64,000 bases of DNA from Tubiluchus corallicola (Eukaryota; Animalia; Priapulida). The stretch is from contig JAQGDQ010000394.1 in assembly GCA_030141605.1 (NCBI GenBank), positions 124,001 to 188,000 on the forward strand, given 5' to 3'. Shown here piece by piece: positions 62,527-64,000 of the stretch. Numbering within the stretch: position 1 is the stretch's first letter; each line of letters starts with the position of its first letter. Under the pieces are notes generated by a model. That model was not told where the DNA came from, made no database searches, and saw only the letters and a program-made list of their open reading frames with translations. A program made the position numbers and the translations under genes.

Positions 62527-63294
62527 AAACTTACTTCAGTAGAATCAGAACAAAATTTTTAAAACCTAGTTAAGTTTATACTACAAATATAAATTATAAT
62601 GAAATCATACAGCAAAATTATATAAAAGCCTAGTGCATGAAATTTTAAAACCGTCTAAGTTAAGGCTAGGCGAGTCGAGTTTTGTTAGAAGTAGCAATAT
62701 ATGTTTCAGCACTCATTAGCTAGCAATGTATCTTAAAACTAATTCATTAATTGGCATAGTTGCCCCAGAAGAAAAGAAGACTTTGTTCAAATCTAAACTG
62801 AGTCACAAGACAGGCTTTCCACAGATTACAATCTACTTCAGTTCGAAGCTGTTATAAATGTAACGTTTATAAGCTCAAGGAATTTATAAAAATTCAGCAC
62901 ATACCTACTTAGTCATAAGAACCTTACTAAAGCACACAAATAAGTTTTTAAAATGTGTACGGACAACCATAATTAATAATAATCAATTTAACAGTAAATT
63001 GAAGAAGACAAAAACATACAAAGTACAATGGAGACCATAAAAGAACAAGTTAAGTTTAAGTTATTTATTTCTCCAAAGCACATAGCAAGTAAAAATAAGA
63101 GCTTAATGGCTTAAAATGATACACAGAAAAATTAAGCTTGAACCCTTAAAACAAAAAATAAATTATGACAATTTGAAATACCACAATATACAAATTACAG
63201 AAATTAGACCTATAGGCTTACAAAAAAAATAGCAGCATTCTGTTTTAATTAAGCAGTTGATGAAATACAGCTCATTCTGTATTAAATTAAGTCA

Positions 63295-63498
63295 CATGAG
63301 GTGAGCATTGTCTACAGTGGACAATGGGAGAGCAAAACCTCTAATGTCATGTGACATAAGCATTGTTCACAGTCGACAATGGGAGAGCAAACTTCTAATG
63401 TCATGTGACATAAGCATTGTTTACAGTCGACAATGGGAGAGCAAACTTCTAATGTCATGTGACATAAGCATTGTTTACAGTCGACAATGGGAGAGCAA
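63295..63498. repeat. 54-bp tandem repeat, ~3.7 copies
   Basis: catgtgacataagcattgtttacagtcgacaatgggagagcaaacttctaatgt. Confidence 0.9.
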
Positions 63499-64000
63499 TA
63501 CCACTAAGAGGAGAGCAAACAGCTTGCTACAAGCTACAAGCACAAGAAGAGCTAACAAGATTCCTCTATGTTTCCCAGTTCAGTATCAGCAAGTACAAAT
63601 ATTTTATAAGTGAGTAAACAGCAGTCGGAATCTGTTCAACATCTTGCTAAGTTAGCTGCTCTCTGAGGGTGCACAACTAACTATAACATGTGCCTGGCAG
63701 ATGTCTTCCTCTAGCTGTCAACTCCAAATGTTATTCAACTGAGCCAGTGAAGCTATTAGTAAAAACTCTTGATGGCCTTCCTTTCTCCCCCACCGATTCA
63801 TACCCTTTGCTCTGGAAAAGCTGCGCAGAGGATCTATTAAAAATCATAAAATCTTATCTGAATTAGTTAAATTTTTATCGCTTTTCTCTCTGGCAACTTA
63901 GTTTTACATTTACCATTCTGTAATTTTGGATAACATCTATATTACCTAAAATTATAGAGCCTAAGTCTGAAACCAAGTTACCAGAAAGAAAAAGAGAGAA

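Overview
AT-rich eukaryotic (metazoan invertebrate) genomic DNA with spliceosomal introns. All identifications come from manual reading, translation and recalled family motifs; no database searches were run. (1) Bases 1 to ~18.2 kb form a modular, non-periodic tandem array. A constant ~250-330 bp module (A) carries an 86-nt exon on the minus strand and is followed by one of three cassettes: a P-element-like terminus plus a transposase C-terminal half (B+D, 5 copies), the same terminus plus the last exon of a probable pentraxin-domain gene (B+C, 5 copies), or the uninterrupted host intron (E, 3 copies). The last E copy contains a truncated Buster-type hAT element. The likely 5' exons of the parent secreted-protein pseudogene lie at 18.2-19.5 kb. 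(2) A single-exon ORF with 11 C2H2 zinc fingers lies at 24.8-26.0 kb (+). (3) A CTTNBP2-like gene with at least 19 exons (coiled coil, Pro-rich region, ankyrin repeats, NAV-type AAA+ domain) spans 29.2-60.7 kb (-). Its introns contain minisatellites, two of them arrays of splice-donor copies, plus several MITEs. Hammerhead-ribozyme-like (Penelope-type) motifs are dispersed through the window. No rRNA, tRNA or CRISPR array was found.
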